DNA of 64,000 bases from positions 192,001 through 256,000 of the forward strand of contig CAWEXO010000008.1 of NCBI GenBank assembly GCA_963813025.1. Direction: 5' to 3'. Shown piece by piece: positions 29,322 through 39,982 of the stretch; the stretch's first letter is position 1, and each line of letters opens with the position of its first letter. A model generated the notes under the pieces. It saw nothing but the letters and a program-made list of their open reading frames with translations. It had not been told where the DNA came from and ran no database searches. The translations under genes and the position numbers were made by a program. Origin of the DNA: an uncultured Verrucomicrobiae bacterium. GTDB taxonomy: Bacteria; Verrucomicrobiota; Verrucomicrobiia; Chthoniobacterales; JAFAMB01.

Positions 29322-31649
29322 ATGGTCACCAGCCCCTGCGCGCCAGGAGATGCTTTCAAGCCTGCTTTCGTCGTTGGCGTTACCGGGCACATGGACCTCG
29401 ATCCGGCCGAACGAGATCGAATCAAAACCGAGGTAAAACGGGTCTTCAATTGGCTTCGCGCTTCACCGGGCGATCGGGGCGATGTGAGTCTCGGTCCAGG
29501 TCTCGCCCTGAAGAACACGCCCATCATTCTGCTCTCCTCTCTGGCGCCGGGCGCGGACCAGTTAGTGGTCGAGGCGGCTCGAGAAACGGATCCGCCCGTC
29601 CGAGTATTGGCTCCTCTGCCTTTCCTCAAAGACCAGTATTTGGAGGCTTCCACGTTCAAACAGGATGGCGTTACAAAAGATGAAGCCGCGAGCAAGTTTC
29701 TCGCAGATTTTCCCGAAGAGGATGCTTTCGTGGTCCGTCTCCTCAATGAGATCGATCTCGACGATGACGCATTGCGCGCCAAACACAGATCCATTCTCAT
29801 CGGCCCGGCTGGCAAACTGGAGCGTGACCGCCGCTACGCCGCTGCGGGCGAATACGTGGCTGCCTACTGTGACATCCTCATCGCGTTGACTGACACGGCA
29901 ATAGGCTGCCCGACGTACAACATGCTCGTCGGCCCAGGCGAAAACGAGGGCGCCCGGGCGGTCGCGGAGCTGAAACGGCGCGGAGTAACGCCGGGCCTCC
30001 TGCCTGTTCTGCCGACGTTGAGTTGGGCCGACAACGGGCCCGTAATTCACGTTTACGCACCCCGAAAGCCGAAAGAAGCGCCTGCGATAGCAGCGACGTC
30101 CAGAGGTGCAGCAAGAAAGCAATTGGAGATGCTTTACCCCTACGACTGCCGGCCGCCCGAAGTCAGCGAAAAAGACCACGACAATCCCGCTTGGCGCAAA
30201 GCCGGTCACGCGATCCTGCGAGCCATCGCGGAGCATTTGGAACGGTTGAATACCGAAAAAATTCAGATTGAACTAGCCCGAGAGAATAGAGCATTCGTTG
30301 AGATGCTGCCGGCCGCGATCCAATCAATCATCAGAAGCGTCGCGGAGTCACGCGCTTCCCGGGGCTGGCGAGCATCTCCAGACAACCCTTGATCGGATTG
30401 CTCGACTCCGGCGTCGCATTGCCGACTACAGTGCCCATTACAATGCGCGCCTAACCGGCCTGAAGCGCGCGCTATTCAGTCTCGCTTTTGGCGCTGCCCT
30501 CTTCTTCTCTTTGGCCGACAACTGGGATGTTGCCGTCTGGACACTGCCGCCAATCTTGTTCTTAACCGCCTTGGGACTGACATTTGCCGCCTGGATTGTT
30601 TATTTCCGCTTCAAAAGAACTGCGGCCGCCGAGCGCTGTGACGATTATCGCGCCATCGCGGAAGGACTGCGCGTGCAATTCTATTGGACGGCCTGCGGCA
30701 GCGGAGAGTCGGTTGCGTCGAACTATCTGCAACACCAGCGAGGCGAATTAGGCTGGATCCGTAACGTCATCAATGTCGCCGCCTTTCCACACGAGCCGAA
30801 CCGCGTGCGATTTAACCAGCTTTCGTTCGAGGAGCAACGTGCGACGTTGCAAAGCATCCGCGAAACTTGGATCGCCGGCCAGTGCACTTATTTTAAGAAG
30901 ACCATCAGCGATCTTAATCTCCGACGTGAAGTTTTTTCGACTTACTCTCAAGTTTTGCTCTGGAGCGGATTTATCCTCTTCGCGTTCTTCTTTTTCTTTG
31001 CTCAACACACTTCCACTCCGGTTGTGTCGCACATGCTTGCTCGTTCTCTCTTTGGTGCGGGTTCTCTTATCCTCGCCATGCTTTACCGCGAGACGTATGC
31101 TCGAGGGCGGGCAACCGCCTCGCGCGGAGGGCAGGGCCAACCGGAGTCGTTGATTGGCGGATTCCGCCAGCGGTTTTTTTTGCTGCCCAGAATGTTTTTG
31201 CCGGATCGAGTACGGTCCCTGAAATGCGGAAACCTGATGCTTAACAGCCTGCTGTCAGCCGCCCTCGTCCTACTCATCGTCGGGACGGTTTATCTTCTCG
31301 AGGGAGTTGTGCCTTGGCTCCCGTCTGCCTACAAGCTTGGCAGTATTTCCAAGTATCTGGTCCTTGCCGGAGCCGTTCTCTGTGGCGCATGGGTGGAAGT
31401 TAACTTTTTCGCCGAACACATTCGCCATTACTCTTCCATGGCGTCTCTCTTCCAAGCTGCCGGCGTGCGCTTTGATGAATATTTTGATTGGCTGAAAAAG
31501 CCGGCAAGGACCAGATAGAAGCGGTTGAAAAACAGGTTATCGCGAACATCCAATCCCTCATTGTGGCTGTGGGCCGCGAATCCCTTTCGGAGAACGCCGA
31601 GTGGCTCATCACCCACCGAGCGCGGCCGCTCGAGCCGGTGAGCGTATGA
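29322..31649 (+). CDS. SLOG (YpsA-like) domain fused to SLATT-like multi-TM effector; frameshifts near 30335 and 31497
   Basis: VVGVTGH, LSSLAPGADQLV, YAAAGEYVAAYCDILIAL (SLOG); DYRAIAEGLRVQFYW and about 6 TM helices; third-frame tail VGRESLSENAEWLITHRARPLEP ending at TGA 31649. Confidence 0.75.
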
Positions 31650-31693
31650 ACTGCATTCGTCACAAATCGTCAGCGATTTGTGACGAATGCAGT
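31650..31693. terminator. Perfect 20-bp hairpin between convergent stop codons (possible bidirectional terminator)
   Basis: ACTGCATTCGTCACAAATCG-TCAG-CGATTTGTGACGAATGCAGT; no U-tract. Confidence 0.6.
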
Positions 31694-31695
31694 GG

Positions 31696-32259
31696 CTAAG
31701 GCCCGGCTAAGTGCAGCCAGTTCGTATCTGCCTTTTCGATGTTGCTGCTCGATATCACTCTTAAATCGCTTTCAGCGCGCCTTCATTCCCGCAAAGGTAA
31801 AGTTTCCCCTTATAGACAGCAAACGCGTCCGGACCATCGACATCCGCTAATACTCCGTTAGCTACTCCGTAGGAACAAAATGCGCCATACTGCGGAGCAT
31901 ATTTTCCGGGATCTTTGTCAAAATCGGCTTTATCCGCCGACCGAAACAAACAAGTACGTGGCGCCCTGATAAGTGCTCTAGGATCGCCGGATTCCCTTTG
32001 ACCGGCTTCCCTTGTTTGAAGTAGGCGACCACGTCGTACCCCTTCAAGATAACTCCTTGACTATCTACGTTTACTTTGGCTGGTCGCACTTCCTTTCGCC
32101 TCCTTCGGAGATGCGTTTTGAGCCGGAACGTCTGGCTTCCTGCTATTCTGGGCAGGATCCAATGTTGGCTGCGTCGGAAGCGACAACCGCATTATTTCCA
32201 GCAACAGCCAGCGCGGCTAGCAAGGAAGCCGCAGTCAGCGAGTATAGGAGTCTTTTCAT
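31696..32259 (-). pseudogene. Exported YHS-domain protein, multiply frameshifted
   Basis: Signal peptide MKRLLYSLTAASLL; ILKGYDVVAYF, DPGKYAPQYGAFCSYG, GKLYL and IEKADTNW fall in different frames. Confidence 0.8.
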
Positions 32260-32344
32260 AATCCGACGTCCTTTAAGCGTCGTTCTGACTTAACATAGCC
32301 GAATAAAGAATCGGTAAAGGAACTTTTAATTTGCACTTATGTGT

Positions 32345-32483
32345 TTGGAGTGCGCGCGACTTGTCGCCGCTTTCGGATCACGCGGAGGTAGGAATCGACT
32401 GAGCGGATTTAACTGCGGCACAAGCTGGCAGCAATTTCTCTCGTAACCGTACATCCGGCGTCAGCAAAGCGGCGACAAGTCGC
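32345..32483. repeat. REP-like family A inverted doublet
   Basis: TTTGGAGTGCGCGCGACTTGTCGCCGCTTTCGGATCACGCGGAG ... AAAGCGGCGACAAGTCGC. Confidence 0.8.
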
Positions 32484-32503
32484 TATTGATTCCGAGACAC
32501 GTA

Positions 32504-35500
32504 TCATGTGAGGCATAACGCGTCCAGAATTTTAGCTCGAAGGCGCTGAGCGGGCAGGTCCTTTGGATTCGCGACGAGCGCCTTATCAATCGCAGCCAGC
32601 GCGAGTTCCGGCCGGTGTTGCGCCAGTAGCATCTCGCCGGCGCGCGTGCAGAAAGCGCTGTTTTTCGGGAGCCGCGCCAAGCCGAATGAGCGAAGAAAGT
32701 CGGCGCGCTTGGAGTCGGTTTCAAACCCCGCCAGCGCGATATGAAGCAATGGATGATCGGGAAGAAAAACTAAAGCGTTTCGCAGCCATTGTTCGGTTAC
32801 ATTTGGATTTGTCAGAAGAGCGTTGTCCACCCACTCGACAACTTTGACGTCGCTCGCCGGAAAGATCGTTCGATCACTTCCGGTACTGAAAAACCACCGT
32901 AGAAAGCGCGCATTCGGACCGGAGCTCTTGCGCTAAGGCCTTCAATTGTCTCGTCAGCTGCGATCTGCGTTCCTCATCGACCGCTACGAGCGAGCCATCG
33001 TCTGAAAATTTGAGTCCGCTTGCGACAATCGAGAGCGATTCGACTTGCAACTCTGGGGAACCGGCCATCGAACCAGAGAAGCGCGTTCTCGCTGCGTCGC
33101 CATCCGACTCTTTCAGCTGTCGGGCCAGCGCTACCGGAGTTGCCGCGTCCCAGAGTTTAGCAGTTTTGTCCCAGCTCGCGGTCAGGATCCGAGCACCGTC
33201 CGGACTAAATGCCGCCCATCGGACAGTATCCTGATGGTCAAAGGAGGCGATGAGCTTGCCCGAGACTGCATCCCAGAGCTTGGCGGTGTTGTCTGCGCTG
33301 GCCGTCAGGATCCGAGCGCCGTCCGGACTAAACGCCCCGTGGTACACACTCGCCTGATGGACGAAAGTGGCGATAAGCTTGCCTGAAGCCGCATCCCAGA
33401 GCTTGGCGGTTTTGTCCAAGCTCGCTGTCAGGATCCGGGCACCATTCGGACTAAATGCCGCTTGCAAGACCTCATCCTGATGGTCGAAGGAGGCGAGGAG
33501 CTTGCCCGAGGCCGCGTCCCAAAGCCCGGCGCTGTGATCTGCGCTTGCCGTCAGGATCCGAGCACCGTCCGGACTAAACGCCGCGTCATAGACCGCATCT
33601 TGGTGGTCGAAGGAGCCGATGAGCTTGCCCGAGGCCGCATCCCAGAGCTTGGCGGATCTGTCTGCGCTGGCCGTCAGGATCCGAGCACCGTTCCGGACTG
33701 AACGCCGCATCGTTGACCGCATCCTGGTGGTCAAAGGAGGCGATGAGTTTGCCCGAGGCCGTATCCCAGAGCTTGGCGGTCTTGTCTTTGCTTGCTGTCA
33801 GGATCCGAGCACCGTCCGGACTAAACGCCGCCGCGTTGACCCCATCCTGGTGAGCAAAGGAGGCGACGAGCTTGCCCGAGGCCGCATCCCAGAGCTTGGC
33901 GGTTTTGTCCGCGCTCGCCGTCAGGATCCGGGTCACCGTCGGGACTAAACGCCGCATCGGTGACCCCATCCTGATGGTCAAACGAGCCGATCAGCTTCCC
34001 GGAGGTCGCATCCCAAAGCTTGGCGGTTTTGTCTGCGCTCCCCGTCAGGATCCGAGCGCCGTCCCGACTGAACGCCGCGCGATAGAGACCATCCTGATGC
34101 GTAAAAGAGGTGACGGGTTCGCCACGAGGCCACTTCCCAGAGTTTGACAGTTTTGTCCCAGCTTGCCGTCAGGACTCGAGCACCGTCCGGACTAAACGCC
34201 GCGCGTCTCAACACTCTCCTGATGGGCAAAGGAGGCGATGAGCTTGCCCGAGGCCGCATCCCAGAGCTTGGCAGTTTTGTCCCAGCTTGCCGTCAGGATC
34301 CGAGCGCCGTCCGGGACTGAACACCGCGTCGAGACCACATCCTGATGGGCAAAGGAGGCGATGAGCTTGCCCGAGGCCGCATCCCAGAGCTTGGCGGTTT
34401 TGTCCCCGCTCGCCGTCAGGATCTGAGCGCCGTCCGGACTAAACACCGCGTCGTAGACCGCATCCTGGTGGACGAAGGAGGCGATGCAGCTTGCCCGAGG
34501 CCACATCCCAAAGCTTGGCGGTTCTGTCTCTGCTTGCCGTCAGGATCCGAGCGCCGTCCGGACTAAACGCTCCGCGGTACACAGCTGGCCTGATGTTTGA
34601 AAGACGCGATCAGTTGGCCAGAGGCCGCATCCCAGAGCCTGGCGGTTTTGTCCGCGCTTGCCGTCAGGATCCGAGCGCCGTCGGGACTAAACGCGCGCCG
34701 TTGACCTCATCCTGATGGTCAAACGAGGCGATCAGTTTCCCCGAGGCCGCATCCCAGAGCTTGGCAGTGTGATCCGCGCTCGCGGTCAGGATCCGCGCAC
34801 CGTCCGGACTAAACGCCGCAGTGTTAACCGTACCCTGATGGGCAAAGACAACGATGAGCTTGCCCGAGGCCGCATCCCAGAGCTTCGCAGTTTTATCCCA
34901 GCTTGCGGTCAGAATCCGAGCGCCGTCCGGACTAAACACCGCGTCGACGACCACATCCTGATAGGCAAAGGAGGCGACCAACGGCGGCAGCGCCTTTTCA
35001 CGATGAACGATCAGTTCTTGGAAGAATCGTTCTGAAGCAACTTGATTTTGCGGGTCGAACTTGATCGCACGCGCAAGAAGAGCGATGCCCTCCCGCCACT
35101 CCCCCAACTGAAACTGACGCTCGGCTTGGTTAAAGCTCGCCCAGCTCGCCTGCCGCAATTGTTCCTGCAGCTTCGCCGTGACCTGCGCTTCAGACTTAAA
35201 CGCTTGGGCCGCCGTCCGACGCTGGCGTTCAGCCCGAAGCCATTGAAACCCGGCGACGATCGCGAGAACAGTGATCGCGGCCATCACCGCGTAACGAATC
35301 CGTTCTTGGACCTTGTTTGCGCCGTTTCCGCTCGCAAGTGCTCGCTTGGATGTATTCAATCTGTTCACGGCTGAGCGACGGTTCAAAGTCTCTGACTAAT
35401 TTTTCGCCTTCCGCCAGGGGAAGTCCGGGCCCGAGCAGGTCATCCTTTTGTTGTCCGCGGCTCTGCCAGAGCTTCAGGCTGGAATCCAGGCGGTCCCGCA

Positions 35501-37576
35501 TCCGCAGGAACTCGCGGTTTTCTTTCAGCCATTCTTTGACGCGTTGCCATTCGCGCAGCAGCGCTTCGTGCGCGACGCTCACGGTCACCTCTCCCTGCGG
35601 ATCGGTGTCCGCGACCAACAGACGTTTCTCAATGAATAGATCCACAAAGCCTTTCGCGCCGGCTTTTTGATTGTGGCGGATCCCTTCTGATGTCGACGAA
35701 ATCACGATAAGGCACCGTCCGCCGGTTGGGCACTTCTTCTTCGCCCTGGCCCAACGTGACAAGATGCCGCATGACTACAGGAAACGCCTTTTGTTCGTGC
35801 GGTCGCAAAGTGCTGAACACCCTCTCGGCATGCTTGGCCAGCGCGCCTTTCAATTCCCCGAGTTCGCGATAGTCCGACCACGCGAAGCAAGTCGTCACCT
35901 CGGGCGCCTGCTCCTCGTAAAGCAGTGACAAAACATGTTCGAGCAAGGGCAAGGATTCCGGTGTCGCACGAGGCAGCATCGCGCAGCGCTTGATCCAGGC
36001 GTTGGCCCGTCTCTCGCTCTTGCTCGAAGCGCAGACCGGCCGCTTCGGCCGGCAGCCGAATCATGTTACCGATCTCGTAGGCGGTGGGAGGCCGAAGGTC
36101 GACTTTTCCAGCCGGCTTGGTGAGCTCGATCAGATCCGGGAACTGCTGATACCAAGAGTAAAAGTCGCTCCGTAACGTTGCCAGGACAAAGACTCGACCG
36201 CTCCGAACCAAACCAGCAATCGCGGAAATATATTTCTGCCGAATCTCCGGTGAAAAGCCGGTCGTGAACAATTCTTCCAACTGGTCAACCACCAAAGCCA
36301 AACGGGCTTTCGGTAGCTCCAGCCTCTCCCTCTGCTGCCGAGCCAGGTCCGCGTCGTCCGATCTTCCTGATCCCCGCAGTTGCCGCTCTCTTTCCTCCAA
36401 GATAATGCGAATGCTCGATTTTCCACTCTCGCGCGGCGTGATCGAGCGCGTCCCGGACCCGAAGCGCGACGCTGTCGGAGTGTTCCCTCAATTCGGTCGC
36501 CAAATCACGGACTGCGTTTAGCGATTCCGGGTCCTCCAAGGCCGGCAGCGCAGCTGGACTCCAGCAGCGCGGCTGCCAAAGCATCGAAGCAATCACCATC
36601 GCCTCCGCCGGCTCCTGGTCTGGTCACCGCCCGCCGCCAGAGCCCAATTCCTTCAATCGTTTCGGGTTGCGTTAGCAACGGAAGCACGCCCGCTCGCACC
36701 AGCGAGCTTTTTCCGGAGCCGCTCGCACCCACGACCAGCACAAACGGCCGTTGCGCTCTGACTTGCACTTCCAAGGCCTCCAACACTGCCCCGATTGCCT
36801 TCGTTCTGCCGTGAAAGATGGGCGCGTGTTCGAAATCGAAAACCTCCAGTCCGCGGAATGGGTTTTCTTTCCAACGCCGGGCCTGGCGGCCCCGACCGAT
36901 CAATTGGCGTTGGCGTTCGCGGGAAACCTGTGTGGAGAGGAAATCCCGAAAATGCTCTCGAAACAGGCGCTCGAACTCTTCGAGATTGTAATAATTGTTG
37001 AATGCACCAATGAACTGGCCCTCGCCGTCTTTTAGCCAAGACTCGAAAAACGCGTTGAGCGCCTTCCACTGCCGAAGAAATTCTTCGAGTTTTTCCGGCG
37101 AATCGAGCGGAGGGTTCGGCTGGCTCCGGTTGCGATATACGTGCAGCGCCGGAATGCCGGGCGTCTTTTTACGCTGTGCCACAGCCCAGGCAATCTCGAA
37201 GTCCGTTCCGGATCGAGGCTCACTCCCGTCCGGCATCTGAAATCGAGGATGCAATTTTGTGCCGAGGCGGGACCATAGGATACAAATGACCAAGTCGAAT
37301 TGGGCCGTATTTGGGATTTGGTCCTGATAGCCGAGTTCTGGTGAAAACCGCTGGTATTCCCAGAAGTAGGGACAAAGAATCAGCTCGCTGGATTCCGGTT
37401 CGATCAGAACTATCCGGCGATTCCAGGGATTGTTCGTCGCGTAGAAGATTCGAATACTGAACACTGACCGGAATTCCCAGTTCTTCCGCGGTCACGCGAA
37501 TCAGCCGGTCCGCAATCGTTCGCTCTGCCCGGACGTCTCCTGGGGAAGAAACAAAAACCCGGATAGTCTTCATCAT
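32504..37576 (-). CDS. NLR-like STAND receptor: TIR-like (DUF4062-type) - nSTAND1-type NTPase - TM - 15 WD40 - TPR; split by many frameshifts
   Basis: [58 protein letters not shown] (Walker A), [11 protein letters not shown] (Walker B), [21 protein letters not shown]; hydrophobic helix; WD repeats; [13 protein letters not shown]. Fragments are collinear on one strand. Confidence 0.82.
33145..34990 (-). repeat. Tandem array of about 15 x 123-bp WD40-coding repeats with high DNA identity
   Basis: A TCAGGATCCG-like anchor recurs about every 123 bp (33182, 33305, 33428 ... 34909); 41-aa consensus [41 protein letters not shown]. Confidence 0.92.
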
Positions 37577-37815
37577 GTTACGGAACGCCGAAGGTCCGCT
37601 TGACCCCCATTCCTGAAGCTGCAATGAACTATCAATCGGCGAAGCCGCGTCGCTCTTTACCGGATGACATTCTCAGATTCGAGGCAGTGAAGGCAAGGAA
37701 ATCCCAGACGTATCTGGCAATCCAAACTGCCGTCTCAAGGACCTCATCCGAGGGCGCTTCCAGTCGTTAAAGAAGTGGAGGAACAGGGACTGGAACCTAC
37801 GGTCGGAGTGCAACC

Positions 37816-38202
37816 TCACTTCCAGAGCACGTACCTGCCACCATTGGTGCAAACGATGACCAGATTCATCAGGACGAGCATAAGGTCGTAATGCCAGCCA
37901 GATGCCTTTTCGCCCCAGAACCCTGTGTGCCAGACGAAGATCTTCCGGTGGATTGCTCCCAGCATGACCAGTATCATACCGATCGCGGCAAGTTGCGTGA
38001 GCACGCCGAAGGCTACTCCCAGCCCACCGGCAAGTTCCACCACGCCCAGAAACATTGTGAAGGCCGGGCTCATGCCGATGCTCTGCGCGCGGCCTTTAGG
38101 GTCTCTGAGGTGGCTCCAGCCGCTGGTGACAAAGATTGCCGCCACCATAAGCCGCAGCAGCAGCAAGCTGAGGTTAGTGAACTGCGCGAGTTGTGGGAAC
38201 AT
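37816..38202 (-). CDS. DoxX family membrane protein
   Basis: LLLLRLMVAAIFVTSG, ELAGGL, GWHYDL, GGRY. Confidence 0.88.
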   Translation of the reverse strand: MFPQLAQFTNLSLLLLRLMVAAIFVTSGWSHLRDPKGRAQSIGMSPAFTMFLGVVELAGGLGVAFGVLTQLAAIGMILVMLGAIHRKIFVWHTGFWGEKASGWHYDLMLVLMNLVIVCTNGGRYVLWK

Positions 38203-38259
38203 CAGTATCTCCTCTCTCGCACCTATCGGCCGCCGTCGATGTTGGTGGTTTGCCAGAGC

Positions 38260-38757
38260 TCAAAGATTCATTGTTATGTTCGAGCCATTTAGAAGCGTCT
38301 GGTAAACAACGCAATACCGCTCTGTCAATGCCAGGAGTTTCTCTCGCTCGCTGGAGCTCGCATCGGTATCCAATGAAATGCGAAGTCGGATCTGCCTGAA
38401 ACCAACCGGGACATCCTTCGCGACGGCTAAGGTACCCCGGAAATCGAGATCGCCTTCCGCTGTCACAGCGCCACCACGTAACTCAATGCCGAGAGCCGTG
38501 GCGACTGCGCCGACGGTCACGCCGGTGCAGGCCACCAGCGCTTGCAGAAGCATGTCACCTGAGCAAGCCGTCATATCAGTACCACCCGCAGCAGGGTGAA
38601 GGCCAGCTGCTACGAGGGAGTCGTTTGTTGCGATGCTACACGTGGCGTTCTCTCCGAGAGTGCCTTTGGCCCGAAGGGTCACAAGCGCGGACGTCGGATC
38701 GGTAAGATACCTCTGTTTCACGGGAGCCTGCATGGCTCTTAGTTGATCGCGGTCCAT
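38260..38757 (-). CDS. OsmC/Ohr family protein
   Basis: GLHPAAGG, ACSGDMLLQALVACTG, GDLDFRG, TERYCVVYQTL; start MDRDQL. Confidence 0.88.
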   Translation of the reverse strand: MDRDQLRAMQAPVKQRYLTDPTSALVTLRAKGTLGENATCSIATNDSLVAAGLHPAAGGTDMTACSGDMLLQALVACTGVTVGAVATALGIELRGGAVTAEGDLDFRGTLAVAKDVPVGFRQIRLRISLDTDASSSEREKLLALTERYCVVYQTLLNGSNITMNL

Positions 38758-38863
38758 ACAAAAACGTTCTTTGACTCGAAAGGCTTTTTCATGCAAGCGG
38801 CGATCCCCGTACAAGCTTGAGAGATAATGCAACCAGAGAGCTAGTGCGCCGACACTTTCCCGT

Positions 38864-39982
38864 TCACCCATCCACATAGTCCTCGCGCCACGGCCGCAGC
38901 GGAGGAAGTACAGTTCCTTTTTCATCGAACAAGTGGACGAACCGATGGTCGACCGAAAATCGAACGTTTTCTCCGGGCCGAAGGCTGCGAATTCCGCGGA
39001 TCGCCGCTGTGAGATTTTCGCCGGATTGCAGATGGGCAAGAACCACTGTCTCGGAGCCGAGCATCTCAGTAGCGATGACGGTGCCCACAATCGAGCCGCG
39101 GTGGTCGGACAACGCGAGATGCTCTGGCCGGATCCCTACGGTGCAGTCCGCGTCGGCCACGCTCCCTGTTCCGTCCACAGCGGCATGAACAGCGCCGCGC
39201 CCGCCATCGACCGATAAGCTCACTCCATCTCCGGTGACGGTTCGCATTTTTGCCTTCAACATATTCATTTGTGGGGTTCCGAGAAAAGCGGCAACAAATT
39301 GGTTCCGCGGTCGAGCATAGAGTTCGAGCGGCGTGCCGATCTGCTCGACCGACCCGTCGCGCAGAACGACGATCGTGTCGGCCATCGTCATGGCCTCCAC
39401 CTGATCGTGAGTCACATACACCATGGTCGACTTCAGCCGGCGATGCAGGCTGACTATCTCGCTCCGCATCTTGACACGTAGCTCCGCGTCGAGATTGGAC
39501 AGGGGCTCGTCAAAGAGGAAAGCCTGCGGCTCTTTGACGATCGCCCGGCCGATCGCTACCCTTTGACTCTGACCACCGGAGAGCTGAGACGGCCGCCGGG
39601 CAAGAAGCTCCGAAATTCGAAGGATCTCGGCTGCACGTCGGATGCGAGACTCGATCTCGGGCTTTGGCAGCTTCTGATTGGCCAGGCCAAAGCGGAGGTT
39701 CTCGTACACGCTCATATGTGGGTAGAGAGCGTACGACTGAAACACCATTGCCATCCCCCGCGCCGACGGCAAAAGATGATCGCAGCGTACACCGCCGATA
39801 TGCACTTCCCCGGAGGTCAACTCCTCAAGTCCGGCGATCATCCGTAGCAGGGTCGATTTCCCGCACCCGGAGGGACCGACAAAAACGGTGAAGGATCCGT
39901 CGTCGACCGTTAGATTGACGCCGTGGATTACTTCGACGGATTGGAAGCTTTTGTGGACCCCCTTTAGCTCAAGCCTGGCCAT
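38864..39982 (-). CDS. Sugar ABC transporter ATP-binding protein (MalK/UgpC-like)
   Basis: GPSGCGKS, LSGGQ, DEPLSNLD, YVTHDQ, TOBE region. Confidence 0.95.
   Translation of the reverse strand: MARLELKGVHKSFQSVEVIHGVNLTVDDGSFTVFVGPSGCGKSTLLRMIAGLEELTSGEVHIGGVRCDHLLPSARGMAMVFQSYALYPHMSVYENLRFGLANQKLPKPEIESRIRRAAEILRISELLARRPSQLSGGQSQRVAIGRAIVKEPQAFLFDEPLSNLDAELRVKMRSEIVSLHRRLKSTMVYVTHDQVEAMTMADTIVVLRDGSVEQIGTPLELYARPRNQFVAAFLGTPQMNMLKAKMRTVTGDGVSLSVDGGRGAVHAAVDGTGSVADADCTVGIRPEHLALSDHRGSIVGTVIATEMLGSETVVLAHLQSGENLTAAIRGIRSLRPGENVRFSVDHRFVHLFDEKGTVLPPLRPWREDYVDG

Noticed and set aside
31696..32259. Selenoprotein or stop-codon recoding in the YHS gene
   Set aside because: The relevant residue is Cys (TGT) in YGAFCSYG; the breaks are indels, not an in-frame TGA.
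33145..34990. CRISPR array
   Set aside because: The 123-bp units are contiguous coding WD40 repeats with no unique spacers, and no cas genes are present.
33145..34990. Diversity-generating retroelement target
   Set aside because: No reverse transcriptase or separate template repeat is in the window, and I could not establish adenine-specific variation.
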